Virus record (IMG/VR): IMGVR_UViG_2595698868_000001
Coordinates: 64,001-128,000 of that record
Source of the DNA: a virus
Taxonomy: Duplodnaviria > Caudoviricetes
Strand: one strand, 5' to 3'
DNA: 64,000 nt
The notes beneath the pieces were generated by a model. That model was not told where the DNA came from. It did not search any database and saw nothing but the letters and a program-made list of their open reading frames with translations. Positions 1 to 6,717 of this stretch are shown here, in pieces. Positions within the stretch are counted from its first letter, which is position 1, and the number at the start of each line of letters is the position of its first letter. Position numbers and translations under genes: made by a program.

Positions 1-1
1 C

Positions 2-565
2 TTCTACTCCCAGGATGGGATTGGCGAGCATCCTGAACACGCTTGCAAGCGCACCTTCGAGAAGTCCGCGCCGTTCATCTCCGGCGTCCGCAACGCCATC
101 GACATTGGCTGCCGTGACGGCGAATACAGCCGTTACTTGCAGACTCGGTTCACGCACGTTTATGGCTTCGATCCGCGCCGGCGCGAGTACCTGCCGTTCA
201 ACGTCGATCTCGGGCGCATGACGCACTTCCTCTGTGCGCTGGGCGATGAGCCCGGTACGATCAAGATGTCTGGAGGTACGCACAATCCGCATGGCCGGAA
301 GCAGCACTACGCCCCGTGCTTCACCCTCGACAGCTTCAATCTCCAGGATATCGACTACGTCAAGATCGACGTCGAAGGATTCGAGAAGAAGGTACTGATT
401 GGCGGTTGGGTAACGATTGAGCGTTGCCGGCCGATGATCGTCATCGAGCAAAACGATGTCGTGCTACCGGGGGCCTCGCGCTACGAGGCGCGCGATTGGC
501 TGGAGCAGCGGGGCTATAGCGTCGCCGCGATCAGCAAGGATGACCTGATCATGGTTCCGCAATAA
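2..565 (+). CDS. FkbM-family SAM-dependent methyltransferase (5' partial)
   Basis: Frame is open from the window edge; AIDIGCRDG motif I upstream of the ORF-track start; KIDVEGFE...IERCRPMIVIE is the FkbM C-terminal signature. Confidence 0.8.
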   Translation, partial: FYSQDGIGEHPEHACKRTFEKSAPFISGVRNAIDIGCRDGEYSRYLQTRFTHVYGFDPRRREYLPFNVDLGRMTHFLCALGDEPGTIKMSGGTHNPHGRKQHYAPCFTLDSFNLQDIDYVKIDVEGFEKKVLIGGWVTIERCRPMIVIEQNDVVLPGASRYEARDWLEQRGYSVAAISKDDLIMVPQ

Positions 566-578
566 CGAGGAGACTTAC

Positions 579-809
579 ATGACCGACGACCAAATCAAGC
601 ACATGACCGACCGCTTTCTAGGCTGGAAGCTGCCGGCCAACTTCCAACCCGACGCCGGGATCAGCTTCCAGCCCGAGTACAATGTCGAGTTCATGGCGAG
701 CCAGGGCAAGCCGCCCATGCGTCATGAGCCGGTCGGCACCAACCTGTTCAGCGCCGAGCAGGCCCAGGCGATGATCCGCCACATGCTGGAAGGCCTGCCG
801 GCCTATTAA
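579..809 (+). CDS. hypothetical phage protein
   Basis: 76-aa ORF with GAGGAG RBS and typical codon usage. Confidence 0.75.
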   Translation: MTDDQIKHMTDRFLGWKLPANFQPDAGISFQPEYNVEFMASQGKPPMRHEPVGTNLFSAEQAQAMIRHMLEGLPAY

Positions 810-1060
810 CAGTGTTGACAGGGCTGGCGCCACATGCCAGTAATCCTGTCAGCCAATAGACCCCCTGACGGCGTTCGAGCGATGCGAAGCTCCCGGCATG
901 CACCGGGCTCCCACAGCATCGTCCCGCCCTCCTGGGGATGCGGCTTCGAGCAGTTTCGTCTGGCCCATCTCACAAAAAGGTGCCCGACGGGGTTGGTGGA
1001 TCACCCGATGCGTACGCGCATCTGAAAACCACCACGAGTTCGCCGGTTCGCCGGCCTTAT

Positions 1061-1186
1061 ACGGGTGAAGCTCTAGGGTTGTCTCGGTGTAGCGCTGCAC
1101 CGGGCCTTAGGTGGGGAGCGCTTCCCATCATGGAGTGCCGGGTCGTTAACCCGGAGGCGGGGGTTCGAGTCCCTCCACCCGTTCCA
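1061..1186 (+). ncRNA. tRNA-like RNA (GTT anticodon) with ~60-nt D-loop insertion
   Basis: Acceptor ACGGGTG/CACCCGT + T + CCA; D stem GCTC/GAGT; anticodon arm CCGGG-TCGTTAA-CCCGG; T arm GGGGG-TTCGAGT-CCCTC. Confidence 0.65.
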
Positions 1187-1310
1187 ATCATAGGTGGGCC
1201 AGCGGAGAATTTCATCCGTTCGCTGGATCAAGAAAAGGGACGCCGGGGTCTTGCCGGCTACCGAGGGCGCGGCAACTGAACCGCCTACCCCACCGCCTCC
1301 CGGAGCTTCC

Positions 1311-2072
1311 ATGCGCATCCTGGTCTTGAGCGATCTGCACCTCGAATTTGGAGCCATGGATCGCAATTGGGAGCCGCCCGAATGCGACGCGGTGATCCTG
1401 GCCGGCGACATCGCCACCGGCGTCGTCGGCGTCATGTGGGCCAAGACGATTCGGGCTCCCGTCTTCTACGTGCCGGGCAACCACGAATTCTACGGCAAGC
1501 GGCGCTATCATCGCCACATGGAGAAGCTGCACGCCAAGGCGGAGGACTCCAATGTCGCCGTCATGCAGAACCGCATCATCCAGGGCGAGATCGCCGGCGA
1601 GAAGGTCCGTATCCTGGGCGCCACTATGTGGACCGACTTTGGGCTGCACGGGACCGAGCATCTTTCCCAGGTCGCCGCCCAGCGCGAGATGAACGACTAC
1701 AAGCAGATCAGGCTCGATCACAGCAAGATGCTGACGGCCGACGACACGCGCAGCCTGCATCTGGAATCTCGTTATTGGCTGAGCGAGCAACTGCGCCAGC
1801 CGTTCGACGGCAAGACGATCGTCATCACCCACCACGCCCCGTCGGAGCAGTCAATCCCTCCGCGTTATCGTGGCGATGCGCTGTCGCCGGCCTATGCCGC
1901 GCGCCTGGAGAACCTGATCTGCAACTACGAGCCCACGCTGTGGGTTCACGGGCACATTCACGACAGCCTGGACTACCGCATCTGCGGGACGCGCATCGTC
2001 TGCAACCCACGCGGCTATAAGGGCCACGAACTCAACAAGAACTTCGATCCGCATCTGGTGGTGGAGATTTAA
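1311..2072 (+). CDS. metallophosphoesterase (calcineurin-like)
   Basis: SDLH, AGD, GNHE, THH and HGHIH motifs; start placed at MRILVLSDLH. Confidence 0.9.
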   Translation: MRILVLSDLHLEFGAMDRNWEPPECDAVILAGDIATGVVGVMWAKTIRAPVFYVPGNHEFYGKRRYHRHMEKLHAKAEDSNVAVMQNRIIQGEIAGEKVRILGATMWTDFGLHGTEHLSQVAAQREMNDYKQIRLDHSKMLTADDTRSLHLESRYWLSEQLRQPFDGKTIVITHHAPSEQSIPPRYRGDALSPAYAARLENLICNYEPTLWVHGHIHDSLDYRICGTRIVCNPRGYKGHELNKNFDPHLVVEI

Positions 2073-2074
2073 CG

Positions 2075-2347
2075 ATGAAGGTATGGCGCGTGCTGGGCGG
2101 CGAGGTCAAAGACCTCCAGGCTCCTCAGCCCAAGACGGTCAACGAGTGCGTCGCGCTCTTTCGCGATCAGGCGACCGTTGAGTGGACGGGCGACTACGAG
2201 GATGCGAAGGCGGCCAAGGACGCCTGGAAGGCCCGCGCCCAGCAGACCGTAGACAACGCCCTCATGCGTTTCTTCATCATCGAGATGGACGTCGAGGTTA
2301 TGACGCCGCCGGAGTACGTCGCGCGCCTCCAGGAGCAGCACGCCTAA
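2075..2347 (+). CDS. DUF4170-like protein
   Basis: GGE...AWKARAQQTVDNALMRFFI resembles the alphaproteobacterial DUF4170 family (from memory). Confidence 0.6.
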   Translation: MKVWRVLGGEVKDLQAPQPKTVNECVALFRDQATVEWTGDYEDAKAAKDAWKARAQQTVDNALMRFFIIEMDVEVMTPPEYVARLQEQHA

Positions 2348-2868
2348 TGGCTTACCGCCAAATCATCCCCATCACCGATCCTCTCCTGAGCAAACCTTCC
2401 GTCCCGATCGAACTGATCGACGGTGAAGTACCGCAAGCGATCCTCGATCTCGCCGGCGACATGCTGGAGACCTGCCGGGCCATCAACGGCGCCGGGCTCG
2501 CCGCAGTCCAGGTGGGCGAGCCGGTCCGCATGTTCGTGATGGACCTCGCCCAGATCAACGGCCCGACCATGATCTTCATCAACCCCGAGATCATCTTGCG
2601 CTCGGGCGAGACGATCGAGATGCTTGAGGGTTGCCTGTCGATGCCCGGCATCGGATTCACCCTGGAACGCGCCGCGTCCGTAACGGTCCGCTATACCGCG
2701 ATCGACGGCGAGGAGAAGACCTACGACGCCGGCGGCTACGCGGCGATCTGCTGTCAGCATGAAATCGACCACCTGGACGGCGTTAGGCATATTGACCACT
2801 TGTCGAAGCTGAAGCGTTCGCGCTACATGTCCAAGTTCAAGAGCATGCTGAAAGCACGCTCTGGTTAA
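2347..2868 (+). CDS. def: peptide deformylase
   Basis: GAGLAAVQVG, EGCLS and QHEIDHLDG motifs. Confidence 0.93.
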   Translation: MAYRQIIPITDPLLSKPSVPIELIDGEVPQAILDLAGDMLETCRAINGAGLAAVQVGEPVRMFVMDLAQINGPTMIFINPEIILRSGETIEMLEGCLSMPGIGFTLERAASVTVRYTAIDGEEKTYDAGGYAAICCQHEIDHLDGVRHIDHLSKLKRSRYMSKFKSMLKARSG

Positions 2869-2892
2869 TTTAACTCTCTGCCTGGAGTCCAC

Positions 2893-4092
2893 ATGTCCCA
2901 CTTCGCCCTCGTGGTCGTGACGACCACCAACTCGAAAGATCAACTCAAAGAGGTGCTTCAGCCCTTCCACGAGTTCGAGTGTACCGGCATCAGCGATCAA
3001 TATGTTGTCGAGGTCGATGACACCGACGAGAAGCGCGCGTCGTACGAGACCGCGAAACGTCGCCGTTACCGTTCGCCGGACGGAGCCCTGCACGATCCGT
3101 ACGACAACATCTACTTCCGCGATCTCACGGCTGATGAACTCAAGCAGGCCGGTACCGAGAAATTCGCCCGCATCCCAGGCCTGTTCATCCACGACCAGGA
3201 CTGGAATGACGGGCGTGGATATCGCTCGAAGGTTCACTTCGTGCCGACGGGCTGGGAAGATGTCGAAGTTCCCGTCAAGGAGTTCTCCTCGCTCCGCGAC
3301 TACATCGCCGACGAAACGGATCGCAAGGTCATCGTTCAAGGCGGGCTGCCTGACTACGACGATCAGCACAAGCATGGTTACACGATCGTCGACGCCAAGG
3401 GTGAGGTCGTGAAGACGGTGCGTCGCACCAACCCGAACGCCAAGTGGGATTGGTGGGAGATCGGCGGTCGGTATCGCGGGCGTCTTCTGTCCAAGGGCGT
3501 CTTCGGTTACCAAGGTCGGCCGGGCACCTTCAATAACGACACCTACCACCAGGGCGGCAGCGACGGCCTGCTCAAGGGCGAGATCGACTTCGAGCGCATG
3601 CGCAGGCTGAACGTCGAGAAGCACCTGGGTTTGGTGGAGGAGGCGTACGCCAAGATGGGCGACGTGTCCCGCGAAGAAGTCAAGGCGCTCTGCATCGAAT
3701 ACGCTGACCTTTTCAACAAGGTCATGCGGCCGAAGTTCGCCGCGATCGACGCCGGCACCTGGAAGGACGGCAACGTCTGGGAAAAGGCGAACGCCGAAAG
3801 TCCGCGCTTCGAGGAACTCGGCAAGCTCCTCGACCCCTTCTACGACTACTTCAACGGCGCCGGCTTCGATCGTGACATCGGCGATCCCTGGGCCTGGGCG
3901 GAGGCCATCCCGCCGCTGACCGCTTACGCCTACCTGGGTACCGATGGTGTCTGGCGCGCCTCGGGCGAGATGGGCTGGTTTGGCATTTCGTCCAAGGAAA
4001 AGGACTCGGGCGAATGGAATCGCGAGTTCGCCAAGGCCCTCGCTGCCGTGCCGGATCACCACATGATCTGGGTGGTCGACTGCCACATCTGA
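2893..4092 (+). CDS. hypothetical phage protein
   Basis: 399-aa ORF with NPNAKWDWWEIGGRY segment and C-terminal VVDCHI; GGAG RBS. Confidence 0.8.
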   Translation: MSHFALVVVTTTNSKDQLKEVLQPFHEFECTGISDQYVVEVDDTDEKRASYETAKRRRYRSPDGALHDPYDNIYFRDLTADELKQAGTEKFARIPGLFIHDQDWNDGRGYRSKVHFVPTGWEDVEVPVKEFSSLRDYIADETDRKVIVQGGLPDYDDQHKHGYTIVDAKGEVVKTVRRTNPNAKWDWWEIGGRYRGRLLSKGVFGYQGRPGTFNNDTYHQGGSDGLLKGEIDFERMRRLNVEKHLGLVEEAYAKMGDVSREEVKALCIEYADLFNKVMRPKFAAIDAGTWKDGNVWEKANAESPRFEELGKLLDPFYDYFNGAGFDRDIGDPWAWAEAIPPLTAYAYLGTDGVWRASGEMGWFGISSKEKDSGEWNREFAKALAAVPDHHMIWVVDCHI

Positions 4093-4100
4093 AAAAAGTT

Positions 4101-4145
4101 TGCCGGAATAGTTGACACGTTTCGGCAAGTGTGAGACACACAATC
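4101..4145 (+). promoter_or_regulatory. putative promoter of the tRNA operon
   Basis: TTGACA at 4112-4117 within a variant of the recurring TGCCAGGAATCTTGAC motif; -10 element unclear. Confidence 0.55.
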
Positions 4146-4147
4146 CC

Positions 4148-4243
4148 ATGATGACCTATCGCAACAACGTGCGCCAAATTCGAGTTCGCCAGTTTAACTT
4201 GGCGGGCCGTTCGCACGTGGGCGATGGAGGCAGCGAGGGTTAA
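4148..4243 (+). CDS. attenuator leader peptide MMTYRNNVRQIRVRQFNLAGRSHVGDGGSEG
   Basis: 31-aa ORF between promoter and terminator; codons 4-17 are all cognate to downstream tRNAs; overlaps attenuator segments 1 and 2. Confidence 0.75.
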   Translation: MMTYRNNVRQIRVRQFNLAGRSHVGDGGSEG

Positions 4244-4272
4244 GCCCTCAGGCACCATCAAACAGATCGAGC

Positions 4273-4311
4273 GAAGGCCCGCCAGGAACCCCTGGCGGGC
4301 CTTTTCTTTTT
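4273..4311 (+). terminator. intrinsic terminator (attenuator 3:4 hairpin)
   Basis: GAAGGCCCGCCAGG-AACC-CCTGGCGGGCCTTT followed by TCTTTTT. Confidence 0.85.
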
Positions 4312-4364
4312 CCACTTTCCGATCCGAGGAGATCGTCATGAACAACGGCGGGTAACCGCCTTCT

Positions 4365-4450
4365 GGGTAGGCATCGGGCACGAGTGAGCCCAACCGACTG
4401 TAAATCGGCCGCGAAAGCTGTGAGGGTGCGAATTCCCTCCCTGCCCTCCA
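4365..4450 (+). tRNA. tRNA-Tyr(GTA), atypical
   Basis: Acceptor GGGTAGG/CCTGCCC, anticodon loop CTGTAAA, long variable arm, CCA; T loop TGCGAAT and U73 are atypical. Confidence 0.8.
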
Positions 4451-4451
4451 T

Positions 4452-4526
4452 CCCCATGTAGCTGAGACAGAGTAGCGCCAGAGTGAAATCCTGGAGACGG
4501 AGGTGCGAGCACTCTCGTGGGGGCCA
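4452..4526 (+). tRNA. tRNA-Phe(GAA), atypical
   Basis: CCCCATG/CGTGGGG acceptor, loop GTGAAAT, CCA; degenerate T arm. Confidence 0.7.
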
Positions 4527-4534
4527 TTTTCAGT

Positions 4535-4609
4535 GGCAGGTTAGTTCAGAGGTAGAACGCCGCTATGACATGGCGGATGTCGGGGGTTCAATTCCCTCAC
4601 CTGCTACCA
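4535..4609 (+). tRNA. tRNA-Val(GAC)
   Basis: Cloverleaf, loop ATGACAT, TTCAATT T loop, ACCA end. Confidence 0.88.
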
Positions 4610-4610
4610 T

Positions 4611-4686
4611 CCTAGTGTAGCTCAGTTGGTAGAGCAGCGGATCGATAATCCGCCGGTCGCCGGTTCGATCCCGGCCGCTAGGTCCA
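4611..4686 (+). tRNA. tRNA-Ile(GAT) (C33 variant)
   Basis: TAGCTCAGTTGGTAGAGC D arm, GCGGA-TCGATAA-TCCGC, GGTTCGATCC, CCA. Confidence 0.85.
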
Positions 4687-4694
4687 GTTTCTGA

Positions 4695-4770
4695 TGGGGC
4701 ATAGCTCAGGGGTTAGAGCGCGCGCTTGATAAGCGTGAGGCCGTTGGTTCGAGACCAACTGTCCCTACCA
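4695..4770 (+). tRNA. tRNA-Ile(GAT)
   Basis: Cloverleaf, CGCGC-TTGATAA-GCGTG, ACCA end. Confidence 0.88.
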
Positions 4771-4804
4771 AACAAAGGCCGGCGCGGAGATGCGCGCCGC
4801 CTAA

Positions 4805-4880
4805 CGCGAACGGGCCAGATGGGACGGCAGGGGTGTCACATACCTCGATTGACTGTGTTCGATTCACAGGTTCGCGACCA
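4805..4880 (+). tRNA. tRNA-Val(CAC)
   Basis: CGCGAAC/GTTCGCG acceptor, GGGGT-GTCACAT-ACCTC, CTGTG-TTCGATT-CACAG, ACCA. Confidence 0.8.
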
Positions 4881-4887
4881 AGTTTCT

Positions 4888-4961
4888 TGGGGGATCGTCT
4901 AATGGTAGGACGGTAGAGTCTGGTTCTACAGATATAGGTTCGAGTCCTATTCCCCCATCCA
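4888..4961 (+). tRNA. tRNA-Gln(CTG)
   Basis: TGGGGGA/TCCCCCA acceptor, GTAGA-GTCTGGT-TCTAC, T arm, CCA. Confidence 0.88.
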
Positions 4962-4967
4962 AGTTGT

Positions 4968-5041
4968 TCTCGGGTGGTCTAATGGTAGGACATCTGGTTT
5001 TGGTCCAGAGGGTTGGGGTTCGATTCCTTGGCCGAGAGCCA
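4968..5041 (+). tRNA. tRNA-Gln(TTG)
   Basis: TCTGG-TTTTGGT-CCAGA anticodon arm, T arm, GCCA. Confidence 0.88.
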
Positions 5042-5053
5042 ACTTGTTCTTGA

Positions 5054-5142
5054 TCTCATGTGGCGGAACTGGTAAACGCACCGGACTGTTAATCCGGCGT
5101 CTCGCAAGAGACTTGGGGGTTCGAAGCCCTCCGTGAGAGCCA
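5054..5142 (+). tRNA. tRNA-Asn(GTT) with class II long variable arm
   Basis: TCTCATG/CGTGAGA acceptor, G73, CCGGA-CTGTTAA-TCCGG, variable hairpin GTCTC-GCAA-GAGAC. Confidence 0.8.
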
Positions 5143-5171
5143 ATATGTCGCAGCTTCGGCTGCGGCGAAAT

Positions 5172-5255
5172 GCCCTGGTAACCCGGCGCGCACTACGAAT
5201 GCGCGAGCCGTAGCTGGAGTTGAAAAGGCTGGTTCGAATCCAGCCCAGGGCGCCA
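5172..5255 (+). tRNA. D-armless tRNA-Arg(ACG)-like
   Basis: GCCCTGG/CCAGGGC acceptor, CGCGCA-CTACGAA-TGCGCG, GCTGG-TTCGAAT-CCAGC, GCCA; only 8 nt where the D arm should be. Confidence 0.65.
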
Positions 5256-5259
5256 ACAT

Positions 5260-5337
5260 AGCGATGTAGCTCAGTGGATTTAGAGCGTTCCCCTACGAAG
5301 GGAAGGGTCGGGGGTTCGAGTCCCTCCATCGCTGCCA
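5260..5337 (+). tRNA. tRNA-Arg(ACG)
   Basis: Canonical cloverleaf, TTCCC-CTACGAA-GGGAA. Confidence 0.92.
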
Positions 5338-5342
5338 ACCTC

Positions 5343-5425
5343 AGCGTACAGGCCGAGCAGGATTATCGTCAGGCGCCGCCCTCCGAAGGCGGAGAGGCCC
5401 GGTTCGAGTCCGGGGTACGCTGCCA
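5343..5425 (+). tRNA. tRNA-Arg(CCG)
   Basis: AGCGTAC/GTACGCT acceptor, CCGCC-CTCCGAA-GGCGG, enlarged D loop. Confidence 0.85.
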
Positions 5426-5708
5426 GACATTGAGAGTTGACAGGCATTTTTAGGCAGCCTATATCCTCTCAAGTGAATTCCAAGCCCGCACCGGGATCGC
5501 TCAGGCGATAAGGCGGGCCTGGGCCTCCTGATCGTCAAGCAGAGCCCCCGCGTGGTCCCGGTCCGCGCGGGGGCTTTGTGATTCGGGCTTATCCTGAGTC
5601 AAGGTATTTATAGTTGACAGACAAGTGCCAGGAATCTTGACTCTCCAGGTCGATTCTACTACCGTGCGCTGCATCAACAACGCGTAGCTACCGTCGGGGA
5701 CGAAGGCT

Positions 5709-5873
5709 GTGTCGGATAACGACAAGGGCCAAACGGTGACCCCCGAGGCCCAAGCTGAAAACCAGGGACAGCAGCGTTTCTACGCGCTGCTTAACGAACT
5801 TCGGGCAGCACTGCGCCGTCCGTCGACGGAGGCTCATACACCCAACCTGGATGTCGAGACCGATCATGGCTAA
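5709..5873 (+). CDS. small hypothetical protein (54 aa, GTG start; not in ORF track)
   Basis: Open frame VSDNDKGQTVTPEAQ...VETDHG whose stop overlaps the next ATG; lies downstream of the motif at 5626. Confidence 0.5.
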   Translation: MSDNDKGQTVTPEAQAENQGQQRFYALLNELRAALRRPSTEAHTPNLDVETDHG

Positions 5874-6345
5874 CCAACCGAATGGAGCAGCGCAGGCCGA
5901 TCGCGTGCGGGAGATCGAGATGCGTCTTTGGGAAGAGGTGGGCACCCAACTCAAGGGTGTCACGGAAGCTATGAAGGAACTCGCGCTCGAAATGCGCGAT
6001 GTTCGTGAACGCCTCATTCGTATCGAGGCCCAGGATCAGCCCAAGAAGCTGGCGAGCCTGGAAGAAGACCTGCGCGAGACGCAAGACGAGATTGCGCGCG
6101 TCGAAAAGGACGCAGCGGACGATCTGGCCCGCGCCACGGCGGTCCATCATCAGGAAATCGGCCTGATCAAGTCCCAGGCCACGGCCGACATTGCCCGCGT
6201 CGAGAAGACTGCGGCCGACGACAAGCTTGCGCTCGAAAAGCGCCTTACCCGCATGGAGATGATCATCGCGCCGCTGACCTGCGCCGGCGGCGCCCTGCTG
6301 GCGACGATCATCACGATCTTGGTTCAGAAGTTCACGGGAAGCTAA
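5866..6345 (+). CDS. coiled-coil protein with C-terminal transmembrane helix
   Basis: Heptad-rich body followed by hydrophobic IIAPLTCAGGALLATIITILV. Confidence 0.75.
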   Translation: MANQPNGAAQADRVREIEMRLWEEVGTQLKGVTEAMKELALEMRDVRERLIRIEAQDQPKKLASLEEDLRETQDEIARVEKDAADDLARATAVHHQEIGLIKSQATADIARVEKTAADDKLALEKRLTRMEMIIAPLTCAGGALLATIITILVQKFTGS

Positions 6346-6454
6346 ACTACCTGCGGTCGTTTGCCGCAGCAGCTTCACAATAGGAAGTAGCTTGTGGCTT
6401 CACCAGGGCAAGGGTAGCTTAAACGCTATACCAACGCGCCCTCGGAGGGGACAC

Positions 6455-6691
6455 ATGATTAGCGCCGCTGCCGTTCTGGAATTTCAGGACGACCAAGAAC
6501 AAGAAACGGCGCACACCGCCGACGACTACCAAACGAATCTGATCCGACTGAGTTCCGAGTTTTTCTCACTCATTCAGGACGATGTGACGGAAGAGGGTAA
6601 GCGCCGCCTGGGCGATCTCCACCGAGCGATCGGGGTCGATCTCCAAAAATTCCGTAAGGCTTCCGTCATGGAGGGTCTTGCGGCCATCTAG
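6455..6691 (+). CDS. hypothetical protein
   Basis: GGAGGG RBS before ATG 6455. Confidence 0.65.
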   Translation: MISAAAVLEFQDDQEQETAHTADDYQTNLIRLSSEFFSLIQDDVTEEGKRRLGDLHRAIGVDLQKFRKASVMEGLAAI

Positions 6692-6717
6692 TTCCTTACG
6701 CCGCAAGGGAGCGACGT

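Noticed and set aside
860-1186. tmRNA
   Set aside because: No G3-U70 Ala acceptor or tag reading frame recognised; the 3' part pairs instead with 1061-1067 as a tRNA-like fold
4248-5538. Short ORF-track calls across the tRNA cluster
   Set aside because: They overlap tRNA genes and are translation artefacts
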